The position numbers and the translations under genes were made by a program. Below are positions 1 through 9,469 of a DNA stretch of 64,000 bases, in pieces. The stretch is from Nemertoderma westbladi (taxonomy: Eukaryota; Animalia; Xenacoelomorpha), in NCBI GenBank assembly GCA_032718475.1, contig JAUCBJ010005087.1, forward strand, positions 740 through 64,739, written 5' to 3'. Positions within the stretch are counted from its first letter, which is position 1. The number at the start of each line of letters is the position of its first letter. Under the pieces are notes generated by a model. It saw nothing but the letters and a program-made list of their open reading frames with translations, made no database searches and was not told where the DNA came from.

Positions 1-197
1 TGTAGGCCTAATAACTTTTGAGTGTGTGAATGGATTTTACTCAAATTACGCGCAAACCTTTTCTACTTTCTACCGATGCTCTTTCAACACATGTGATAAA
101 ATTTAAGAAATTTAAAAATATATATTTACATTTTATTATACTTTTTTCGTCGAAAAAAATAAATCGAATGCAATCATTTGGGTTACTTTTTTCTTAA

Positions 198-913
198 GGG
201 GGGGGGGGGGTACACCATTTTGGTCAAAAATATGTCGAAATTTTTTTTATGATATATTATAATGCACCATTGAATGGTGTTTCCAAATCTGAAAACCGCT
301 ATTTAATAGCTCTTTTAGTTTTTAAGTTATAACAATTTCCATTTAGGGATTCCTATTGAAATTACTATTACTATATATAATGAAAGGTCGATTATCTCAA
401 AATATTTTTTTTATGAAATTGTCAACTTCAAAACCCTACTACTTCTACAATTTTTGAGCAATTAGTCTGAAACTTTCTGTGGGTGTCTACATAGCCACCC
501 TGCATAAAAGTATCAGACAACTTTTCGAAATTATTTGTTAATAAAATTTAATACTATTTATAACAAACCTAAAAATTAGGCATAAATTTGCAGCGCCACC
601 TAGCGGTGCAGAATTATTTTCACAAAATTTCGCCTGATAGTTATGTTGCCCCATCTTTGATCTATCATATAAAAAAACTTTCATGTGATTAGATTCAAAA
701 CTGAAAAAGCCTTAGGGTTTTAAGCGCAACCAAGTTTTTTTGTTGTTAACTAGTATTAACTAATATTAAATAGCGAAAAATAAAAATTTTCTAACCTGTC
801 ATGTAGAATAGCATCTTAGGCACTTATATTCCAAATTCTAGCCAAAACCAAACAATTTTGAAACGCTGAGAGTGATAAATCGAAGAGTTGTCCGAAAATG
901 GTGTACCCCCCCC
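198..913. mobile_element. Non-autonomous DNA transposon (Kolobok-like MITE)
   Basis: TTAA on both sides (194-197, 914-917). Terminal inverted repeats G(n)TACACCATTTT ... AAAATGGTGTAC(n). Purine-first termini with a TTAA TSD fit Kolobok better than piggyBac. Confidence 0.65.
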
Positions 914-1161
914 TTAAGGTAAAAAGTAGGTGTTTTTTAGGCGTACTCCCGATATTGAGTATATTCAAGCGAAAAAGTAGGCCTAACAATTTAAGAATTA
1001 GTGAAAAATATAATTAATGGGCACAATCAGCTATCACTTTGTGATGATAAGTGAACGATAAACGATGAGTGAGGCGGTGTTATAATGAAATATATAGATC
1101 AAGTTGGAAATGTACAGTATATTAATATTTAACCTTATGGACGGGTGCGTTTGGCGTCATC

Positions 1162-1712
1162 TGTTAGCTTATTCAATCCCGCCAACACCCCATAAAGTTA
1201 TTAGCCGATAAGCAATATTGGGAGCCACGAGATTGGGCAATTAACCAACTCGTGCCATCCCAATAAGAGTGGGAAGGAGGCACACAATAGAAGGTCAGGG
1301 GCCAAACCCCTAACCCAAGGAGAACAGGTGGAGTGAACGGGAATACTCCACGGGGCGCCAACAAGGGTATTAACCAATCAGAGGGGGGAATGGCATCGAT
1401 TGAGTAGCAATAAGGCCACCGTGCAATATAACCAGTAACCTGTAATCATATCATTCAGTTTACTCAGTCAGCTATCCCAGTACAGTAAGGCAGTACGGTG
1501 ACTGTTAAGACCGTCGTCGCCACCGTCACCATATTACCGGTATATTAGCTTTATCTACTGTGCTATCTGTATCACTCATCATTTATTATCTCAACGTTAT
1601 CAGAGTTCGACAACGACACTAGAACAATTATTACCTTTTCCATTCACACGGCGGGGCGGGGACGCGTACGAAACACACCGGATAAACCGGGATCCTCTCG
1701 GATCCCGTCACA
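1162..1712 (+). repeat. 5' LTR of element A (551 bp)
   Basis: TGTTAG...GTCACA. Matches 8426-8976 except T1543/C8807. Contains CCAAT (~1375), ATATAA (~1426), an Inr-like TCAGT (~1455) and a U5 hairpin CGGGATCC-tctc-GGATCCCG (1688-1707). Confidence 0.95.
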
Positions 1713-1721
1713 GTCTTAACA
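1713..1721 (+). promoter_or_regulatory. Non-tRNA primer-binding-site position of element A (GTCTTAACA)
   Basis: Abuts the 5' LTR end and has no TGG. Exact reverse complement of TGTTAAGAC at 1503-1511 in the LTR. Confidence 0.6.
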
Positions 1722-1807
1722 TCTGAGAATTGCCTGAACTGTAACTGCCCGTCACAGTCTTAACACTAGGCCTGCCGAGCTGTGACTGACGGCTACCAAA
1801 GACGAAG

Positions 1808-3388
1808 ATGAGTCGAGAGAGAGGAACGACACCGCCGCGGACCCCGGACGACGATCTAACGATCCGCGAGGCCACGGCGAGACGATACGGACCCACGACG
1901 CCGGTCGATGCTACGTCGACCACGTCGATAACGAGCAACCCGGCGAACCAAGATGTGGGGGGTCGTCTACAGCGAGAGAGCGAGTCGAGTAGAGGAGAGA
2001 GCGAGACGGGGGAGGAGAGAGACGAGTCGACACAGGGCGGCGGTCGATATGCCGATGTCGCCGGTCAGCCACAGACCGAGGGCGACGAACGGCCCACCGG
2101 AACGGCAACGGTGGAGCCGACGGTACGACGCCGAACCCGGAGGGAGAGAGGAGAGGTCGGCGACGAGGATGTCGGGGTTTCTGATCGACTTCGACGAGCC
2201 TACGCCGCGACCCGGGAACAACTGAAGGAAGCTAGAGGAGGGGCTGAGATAGACCAGGTGAAGTTGAGGAGACGACTAGGTGAGTCGAACAGATACTTTG
2301 ATTACCTAGTGCGTTCTGGGCAGGGAGAACTGGCCGAGGAGAGAGCGAGAGGGGTTGCCTTCGAACTGTTTGGGCTATGGGAACGTAGGGGTATGGGGCC
2401 TGGTGTAGTGTACATAGGGCCATACTTAGTCGATGCCAGGGAAGTTAAGTTAGTGGGTTGGGCGGGACCGCACGAGGGCGAATCCGAGGTTAGCTCCGAG
2501 GATTCGGTCTCGTCGGTCAGCGAGGACCCCGGAAAGCGGGGGAAAGTTAGTAGGACGGAGGGGCGGCGGGAGTCCGTCGCAACCGATAAGTCTGCTACAT
2601 CCTCCGCAAAAGAAAGAAGGGTGCAGGAGATAAATCTGGCTGCATATAAATTAAAAATTGAAGAATTAGAGTGGCGACTGAGGGGAAGGAAGGAGCGAGA
2701 GAGTGAACGCGAAGAGCGTGAGGCAAGAGAACAGAGCGTGCGGTACACGTACAGTACGTACAGCAACCGTACGGGTGAGGGGGGTAGTAGTAGTGCGTTA
2801 GGAAATATTGGTATTAATAGTACCGTAGTAAATAACCCTAATCCCTTTATTACAGGAAATATTTTACCCGGTAGTAGTAATTTAAGTTTAAATTCAAATA
2901 ATAATATTAATTCAAATATTCAGAATAATCAAAATAATTCAAATAATTCGAATAGCAATTTAAATTTTGAAAATAATAACAACTCTAATTTAAATAATTT
3001 AAATAATTCCGTTTCAAATTCTAATAATTCGATTGATTTAACAAATAATATTGGGAATGGTGCTATTAATATGAACGTGCCAGACGTGTATAGCCCGGCA
3101 GACGGCGGCCTGGTAGGCCACGTAGTTAGTAGACAGGAAGTGGCGGGGTTGCGCCAACCCGACGGCGGCCTGGTAGGCCACGTAGTTGGTAGGCAGGAGG
3201 TAGCGGGGTTGAGCCAACCCGAGGTGGGCCTGGTAGGCCTCGCAGTAGTAGAGAGAGAGGCGGGGGTGAATAGACCCAGCCGTAGTAGAGACAGTGTGTC
3301 GACTAGAGAGGGGTGTAGAGACGAAGTAAGAGATATTGAAGTTAGATGTGGCGGGTGGGGGGGGGGCTACGGGCGCCCCACCACATGA
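1808..3388 (+). CDS. Element A ORF1: N-terminal Gag extension (R/E-rich, coiled-coil-like, Asn-rich low complexity)
   Basis: 526-aa ORF starting ~95 nt after the LTR and ending just after a G-run. Probably once continuous with the downstream ORFs. Confidence 0.65.
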   Translation: MSRERGTTPPRTPDDDLTIREATARRYGPTTPVDATSTTSITSNPANQDVGGRLQRESESSRGESETGEERDESTQGGGRYADVAGQPQTEGDERPTGTATVEPTVRRRTRRERGEVGDEDVGVSDRLRRAYAATREQLKEARGGAEIDQVKLRRRLGESNRYFDYLVRSGQGELAEERARGVAFELFGLWERRGMGPGVVYIGPYLVDAREVKLVGWAGPHEGESEVSSEDSVSSVSEDPGKRGKVSRTEGRRESVATDKSATSSAKERRVQEINLAAYKLKIEELEWRLRGRKERESEREEREAREQSVRYTYSTYSNRTGEGGSSSALGNIGINSTVVNNPNPFITGNILPGSSNLSLNSNNNINSNIQNNQNNSNNSNSNLNFENNNNSNLNNLNNSVSNSNNSIDLTNNIGNGAINMNVPDVYSPADGGLVGHVVSRQEVAGLRQPDGGLVGHVVGRQEVAGLSQPEVGLVGLAVVEREAGVNRPSRSRDSVSTREGCRDEVRDIEVRCGGWGGGYGRPTT

Positions 3389-3457
3389 AGATTAGTGGCG
3401 AGAGAGGGGGGGCAGAGAATGCCCCACAAGAGGGGTGTAGAAGTGTAGTAAGAGGTA

Positions 3458-4405
3458 GTGAAGTTAGAAGTAGCGGGTGGGGGGGGGGCTACGGGCACCC
3501 CACCGCGAGAGATTAGTAGCGAGAGAGGGGGGGCAGGGAGTGTCCCACAGGCGTCGGCGGATAATGCGCGGGCCGAGTTAGGTAAACCGCAACACCCGGC
3601 GATGGAGAGTAATAGGGGGATTGCGAGTATCCCCAGCGGCGTGCGATCGAGCAGAGAGAGACAGGTTGACGTCGCGAGAGGGCGGGCGACGGAACGTCGA
3701 GCCCAGTCAGAAGAGAGAAGATTAGTAGAGTTTAATAGAGAGGTCGAAGATAGAAGAAGATTAGTAGAGTTTAATAGAGGGGTCGAAGAGAGAAGAAAGG
3801 AAGATAATAGAAGAGTCGTTGCTAGGAGCAACCGGAGAGCGAGGACGGATAGCGAGCCGTCGATAGTAGAGATGGAGGTAGGGAGTCAGTGGGGTCGAAC
3901 TTCGGGAGATTGCCGTCGCCCCGGAGAAACGCACCGCACACCAAGAGAGGGGTACAGGATGTACCGATACGAAGAAGAGAACAGGAGTGGGGATCGAAGA
4001 GAAACTTCCCGACGTGATATAGCTGCCGATCGAGAGTACGGTAGTCGCGGGGAGATTCGAGATTCGAGAAGAATAAACTTCGATTCGGAAGGGCACATGC
4101 AGACTGCAGGACATACTGTAGGCCTTACTGCACATACTATTATAGGCCATGCTGGGAGAGATAGAGTAGGCGATAGGGTAGCGCGAACGACGGGATTAAA
4201 CCCGGAAGTCGCGGAGTACATACCGGTAGGTAGGCAAGAAGTGAATAGGCCTATATCGGTACCGGTACAGCAGCATGACTATAATTTCCAGGGACACAAC
4301 ATATATCCAGGGGAGGGGGGAATTATTGCAGATAGATGTATGGGCCCCAATATATTAACATCAACCCCAGTACCAAACATACCGGTGGGGGGGGGGACAG
4401 GGTGA
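3458..4405 (+). CDS. Element A ORF2: continuation of the disordered Gag N-terminal region
   Basis: 315-aa R/E/G-rich ORF with an internal repeat (RRLVEFNR x2). Bounded by G-homopolymer runs. Confidence 0.55.
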   Translation: MKLEVAGGGGATGTPPREISSERGGAGSVPQASADNARAELGKPQHPAMESNRGIASIPSGVRSSRERQVDVARGRATERRAQSEERRLVEFNREVEDRRRLVEFNRGVEERRKEDNRRVVARSNRRARTDSEPSIVEMEVGSQWGRTSGDCRRPGETHRTPREGYRMYRYEEENRSGDRRETSRRDIAADREYGSRGEIRDSRRINFDSEGHMQTAGHTVGLTAHTIIGHAGRDRVGDRVARTTGLNPEVAEYIPVGRQEVNRPISVPVQQHDYNFQGHNIYPGEGGIIADRCMGPNILTSTPVPNIPVGGGTG

Positions 4406-4463
4406 CATTCCCCCATCACAATATCAACAATATACCCCAATAGGAGCGAGAACATCGAACCCC

Positions 4464-6812
4464 TTGGACGAGAGCAGATCGTGCGACACGGAAATATGGA
4501 GGGGGCCGTTACCCCCAATGATATATCCGACGCAACAAATAAAGTCAACAACAAATAGGACGGACGGACCGTACCCAGCAGGAGAAACTATACAACATCC
4601 ATCGAACCCATTAGAAGCGCAAGCGATGGGAATGGCCACATTGATCGATGCGTTAAAAACTAGGATCGAGTTACCACCTGTGGAACCATTTAAATTCGAT
4701 GGGAGTAGGCCGGAAGAATATCTACAGTTTCGGCGCATGTATAGTAACGAAATATTAAGTAAGAACTTGACGCAGGCGGAGTGCCTAAAATATCTGCAAG
4801 TATATACAGGAGGCCCAGCATACGACATCGTGAGGCAATACCAGGGCATCGAGGGCGGCTTCACGACAGCATGGCGGGCGCTAGATAGGGAATACGGGCA
4901 CCCGGCCAAGATCATCCGGCAAACCCTGAGAGGCATAACATCGGATGGCCTACAGGACAATCCCGTTAGCATAAGGACCTTTGCAAACAAGGTCGAGAAG
5001 GCGTTAATCGTGTTAAAGACGCTAGACGCGCCATACGAACTCAACGCATCTAACAACATCACCACGATAGCGCAGGCACTGCCGGTCTGGTTACGAAGAA
5101 AGTGGAGGAAAATCGCTTTCTCCACACGGGAAAAGAAGGGTGCGGAACCGGGCCTGGAAGAAATGTCGAGCTTCCTCAACTATGAAGCCGAATTAATAAC
5201 AGACCCAGTCTATAGCGAGGATAGTTTGGGGACAAGCCATAAACCCGAACACGATCCTGCAGATCCACTCCCGAGAGTAGGACAATCACTACCACATGCA
5301 GCCACACAGGGGACTACCAGTCCACAGTTAGCTGGTAGTAGGGCCACACCGTGGTGGGGACAGAAAGAAAATAACACCATAAACAAACATAATCCCAATA
5401 TACCCAGTAGGCCGAGCACAGACAACCAAAACACTAAATCGGTACATATAAACCTACGCGCGATACGTGAAGGACTATACAGGGAACGCTATAATCCAGG
5501 ATTCGAATGTCAATTACACCGGGACGGAACCCATAAGACCAGGAGTTGTAAGCACTGGCAAGCGTTGCCCAAACAAGATCGTATAGCCTACACAGACGCA
5601 AACGGACTATGTCATCGATGTGTGGTAGAAGGACACAGATCCGGAGAGTGTAGAGAAACAGCAGTTAGAGAGTCCGAGACTGGAGGCCAGGCAATGGCCA
5701 CAAGCACTATAGAAGAGGAGAAGAAGAGAAAAGTACTACTCGGGGTAGTACCAGTAAAGATATCAGGAGAGGGCGGTCGATCAGTAACGACATTAATGCT
5801 GGTCGACAGCGGAGCAGCCTTCACGCTGGTGGAGAACTGGGTGGCCGAAGAGATAGGGCTAAAGACAAGGCCGAATAGAATGGCGGTGACTACCGTCTCG
5901 AGTAAAGATGAGGTCCTGGAGACGAGGGCGGGGCGGTGCAGGATAGCAGCGATTGCACCGGGATACGACTATGGGGCGACGATCGACCCCATCCACGTCA
6001 TAGAATCGATAAACATCAACGCCAGGCGACCAACCAACATTGAGGTCGAACAATATAGATTCCTGGACGGTATCGATTTCTCAATACCAAAGGTGGACGT
6101 CAGGAAGGTGTCCATTATAGTAGGGATGGACTGCCCGACGGCCCACGAGAGAACGAAGACGGTCTTCGGCGAAGACAGGCAGCGGGACCCGACGGCGATC
6201 CTCACGCCGTTCGGATGGATGCTTAGCGGCCCAGTTAAAACTAAGATCCCATGCAGTGTGACAGAGACATCAGGGTGCATGTTACCAGGCACCGCAGGCG
6301 CAGAGGACGAAGAGGAGAAACAGGAGATAGTAGATCCAGATAGGGAGGTGACAGTAAGAAAGTGGGCAGAGGAGAGTAGGTTTCCCAGCAAGCATCGGTA
6401 TGGAGATGGAGCGGAGCGGATGGCGAGGTGTCCGGAGGACAACACTCCGGGGGAGTGTCCAGAGGAGTGTCCGGAAGAGACGCAGGTCCGGTTTGGAGGC
6501 ATACCGACAAGGGGGAAGTCGAGAAGGAAGGCAGGATGGAAAGGGATAGGACTATTATTCTACCTTCTGTTTTTCCTGTTCTTTCACTTTCTATTCATTC
6601 TGCCGGCGGGAGACAACAAGGAGGGAGGTGGCATTTTGACGCCAGAGGGCGAGATAGTTAAGAAGGGGGCGGAGAGACCCGATTTCAGGGTGGCAGAAGA
6701 GGGAGAACCAATTCCTGGTGAGATGGAATTGGCGAAGAGAGTGCGGCGAATTCTACAGGACCTACAAGATCAGCAGTGGGAGAGTGCCTGTTGGAAGAAT
6801 CGCCCTAGTTAA
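4464..6812 (+). CDS. gag-pro: BEL/Pao Gag (capsid-like region + Cys/His knuckles) and aspartic protease, with a C-terminal hydrophobic segment
   Basis: Motifs PFKFDGSRPEEYLQF, CQLH..H..C and CHRCVVEGHRSGEC, protease LVDSGAAFTLV, and TPFGWMLSGP typical of the end of the BEL protease region. Then GIGLLFYLLFFLFFHFLFILPAG. Confidence 0.88.
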   Translation: MDESRSCDTEIWRGPLPPMIYPTQQIKSTTNRTDGPYPAGETIQHPSNPLEAQAMGMATLIDALKTRIELPPVEPFKFDGSRPEEYLQFRRMYSNEILSKNLTQAECLKYLQVYTGGPAYDIVRQYQGIEGGFTTAWRALDREYGHPAKIIRQTLRGITSDGLQDNPVSIRTFANKVEKALIVLKTLDAPYELNASNNITTIAQALPVWLRRKWRKIAFSTREKKGAEPGLEEMSSFLNYEAELITDPVYSEDSLGTSHKPEHDPADPLPRVGQSLPHAATQGTTSPQLAGSRATPWWGQKENNTINKHNPNIPSRPSTDNQNTKSVHINLRAIREGLYRERYNPGFECQLHRDGTHKTRSCKHWQALPKQDRIAYTDANGLCHRCVVEGHRSGECRETAVRESETGGQAMATSTIEEEKKRKVLLGVVPVKISGEGGRSVTTLMLVDSGAAFTLVENWVAEEIGLKTRPNRMAVTTVSSKDEVLETRAGRCRIAAIAPGYDYGATIDPIHVIESININARRPTNIEVEQYRFLDGIDFSIPKVDVRKVSIIVGMDCPTAHERTKTVFGEDRQRDPTAILTPFGWMLSGPVKTKIPCSVTETSGCMLPGTAGAEDEEEKQEIVDPDREVTVRKWAEESRFPSKHRYGDGAERMARCPEDNTPGECPEECPEETQVRFGGIPTRGKSRRKAGWKGIGLLFYLLFFLFFHFLFILPAGDNKEGGGILTPEGEIVKKGAERPDFRVAEEGEPIPGEMELAKRVRRILQDLQDQQWESACWKNRPS

Positions 6813-6944
6813 GAGGTTTAGTCGTCCAATATTTTGGACTGAGGGGGGTGGGAATGAGGGCGAGACGCCCTTCCCACAAGAAAATAATTATTTAATTAAA
6901 AAACAAATAATAAAAATAATTAAATAATAATTAGTAGAGGATAG

Positions 6945-7830
6945 TAAGAAGTAGCAGTTAGAAGTTAGGTAGAAGGAGAGTAGGTTAGAAGGCGGCGGGG
7001 TAAGGGAGTGTGGCATATTGTCATGCCACGAGTAGTAGTAGGGGGGTTGTGGGCACCGTAAGCGCCACGTAGAAGGTGAGTAAGTTAGAAGTCGGCGGGT
7101 AAGGGAGTGTGGCATATTGTCATGCCACGAGTAATAGTAGGGGGGTTGTGGGCACCGGAAGCGCCATGTAGAAAGTAGTAGTAGGGGGGTCGTGGGCACC
7201 GGAAGCGCCACGTAGAAAGTAGTAGTAGTGGAGTGGTTGTGGGCACCGTTAGCGCCACGTAGAAAGTAGTAGTAGTGGAGTGGTTGTGGGCACCGTTAGC
7301 GCCACGTAGAAAGTAGTAGTAGTGGAGTGGTTGTGGGCACCGTTAGCGCCACGTAGAAAGTAGTAAGAGAGGGGTTGTGGGCACCGGAAGCGCCACGTAG
7401 AAAGTAGTAGCAGGGAGTGGTTGTGGGCACCGCAAGCGCCACGTAGATAGAGGTATTAGTGGAGGTGGAGATGTAGATAGAGTAGAGTGGTAGAGACGGG
7501 CACATAGGGTGCCAGCTAGTAGAGTTAGAGATAGTAGAGAGTTAGTAGAGTTAGAAAGATAGTAGCAGAGTAGAAGCAGTAGTAGAGTGGTTGTGGGCAC
7601 CGTTAGCGCCACGTAGATGGAGGTAGAGTTAGTAAGAGGGTACGTAGTACCGGTTGTGGTTGTGGGCACCGTTAGCGCCACGTAGATGGAGGTAGAGTTA
7701 GTAAGAGGGTACGTAGTACCGGTTGTGGTTGTGGGCACCGTTAGCGCCACGTAGATGGAGATAGAGTTAGTAAGAGGGTACGTAGTACCGGTTGTGGTTG
7801 TGGGCACCGTTAGCGCCACGTAGATAGAGA
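6945..7830 (+). repeat. Tandem array in the 3' internal region of element A
   Basis: Core GGTTGTGGGCACCGTTAGCGCCACGTAGA recurs about a dozen times in ~45-bp and ~70-bp units. Strong purine skew continues to ~8200. Confidence 0.9.
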
Positions 7831-8416
7831 TAGAGTTAGTTGGAGGATTTTAGTCAGAGTTAGAAAAGAGTTAGTAGAGTTAGTAGTAGAGTTAGAGAGT
7901 TCTAGTTAGAGTTAGTAGAAAGTTAGATGCTTTTAGTTAGAGCTAAAAGTAGTAAGAGTTAGCAGAGAGCAGAGTTAGTAGTTAGTAGAGTTAGATAGTT
8001 AGTGTTAGTAAGTTAGATAAGGTAGATAGTATGATAGCACAGGGGTAGCATTGGAGATTAGGGCCTTAGGGAGTGGCAGAGAGTAGAGAGGAGATAGTGA
8101 GAAGAGCTGTTGGCGAGAAGTTAGAGTGCGATTCAGGTGTGGGGAGAGTGTAAGAGTGGGGAGAGAGCGAGTTGAGTTAGAGAGCGAGGGTTGGAGTGGC
8201 GAGAGTGTTGGGGAAACAAAAATTGTGTGAGAGAAGCGCACGATCGGCCCGACACGAGACGCCAGAGGGTAGTGACATCATACCCATAGGGAGCGGCCCG
8301 GAAAGCCGGCTCCGAAAAGAAAATAACTCCACCCCACACCCGATACTAGATCGGGATCCAGCGGGATTGTAACGCACTTTTTGGTTGATGCTATCTTCTT
8401 ACCGGGAAGATAGCAT

Positions 8417-8425
8417 GGGGGGGAG
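8417..8425 (+). promoter_or_regulatory. Polypurine tract of element A
   Basis: GGGGGGGAG directly before the TG of the 3' LTR, preceded by an 11-bp stem hairpin (8388-8416). Confidence 0.85.
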
Positions 8426-8976
8426 TGTTAGCTTATTCAATCCCGCCAACACCCCATAAAGTTATTAGCCGATAAGCAATATTGGGAGCCACGAGATTGG
8501 GCAATTAACCAACTCGTGCCATCCCAATAAGAGTGGGAAGGAGGCACACAATAGAAGGTCAGGGGCCAAACCCCTAACCCAAGGAGAACAGGTGGAGTGA
8601 ACGGGAATACTCCACGGGGCGCCAACAAGGGTATTAACCAATCAGAGGGGGGAATGGCATCGATTGAGTAGCAATAAGGCCACCGTGCAATATAACCAGT
8701 AACCTGTAATCATATCATTCAGTTTACTCAGTCAGCTATCCCAGTACAGTAAGGCAGTACGGTGACTGTTAAGACCGTCGTCGCCACCGTCACCATATTA
8801 CCGGTACATTAGCTTTATCTACTGTGCTATCTGTATCACTCATCATTTATTATCTCAACGTTATCAGAGTTCGACAACGACACTAGAACAATTATTACCT
8901 TTTCCATTCACACGGCGGGGCGGGGACGCGTACGAAACACACCGGATAAACCGGGATCCTCTCGGATCCCGTCACA
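8426..8976 (+). repeat. 3' LTR of element A
   Basis: Copy of 1162-1712 followed by TSD TCATC. Confidence 0.95.
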
Positions 8977-9469
8977 TCATCATTCTAATCATGTTTTATT
9001 ATTATTAATCTCGTCAATAAAATTATATATATATATATTAAATTCCAGCTTTGGTATTAATTACTGTGAACGTAGGCTAGTAAACTGTACCACACTTAAA
9101 AACATCAAATTAAATCAGTCCAATTATCTAATTCTAGAACATTCATTAAATATCTATTGACTATAAGAGTTAGCAAAAGCAAAAAAAAGTAATAAAAAAC
9201 GCTTAGAAACCGCACCAAAAAAGTAGAGATGGGCCTTTATGTGCGAATGAGTGGTTTCAAAAACATTAGTCATGCTTAGAAGAGTCAAAGTTTAGAAAAG
9301 TCAGATTTAAGATTTAAAGTTTGGCAGTAGTGTTTGGCATAGTGGCTACAACTGGTGTGCGCACTGTAGGCCTACATATGTACGTACACGAAGTGGGGCC
9401 TTCGCGCAGCACGTGAAATGAGTTAATGCTAAGTATCAACTCGAAAGGATTATAAAAACATAGGAGAAG

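Larger units (their letters stand above)
1162..8976 (+). mobile_element. Element A: non-autonomous BEL/Pao-type LTR retrotransposon (Gag + protease only)
   Basis: Direct LTRs TG...CA at 1162-1712 and 8426-8976. 5-bp TSD TCATC at 1157-1161 and 8977-8981. PPT abuts the 3' LTR. BEL-type Gag and protease motifs are present; no RT, RNase H or integrase motifs are seen. Confidence 0.93.

Noticed and set aside
1173-1364. 63-aa ORF present twice (also 8437-8628)
   Set aside because: It is an antisense ORF inside the LTR and is duplicated only because the LTRs are.
1162-1800. Hammerhead ribozyme (retrozyme) in element A LTR/leader as the cleavage mechanism
   Set aside because: I saw no CUGANGA...GAAA core by eye. 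A covariance-model search would be needed to exclude other ribozymes.
3350-4470. Programmed frameshifts joining ORF1-3 of element A
   Set aside because: The breaks fall near G homopolymers and a diverged duplication. Mutation or sequencing error is equally likely and cannot be separated here.
7020-7830. ~29-bp conserved core with linkers as a CRISPR-like array
   Set aside because: The linkers are themselves repeated low-complexity purine tracts inside an LTR element.
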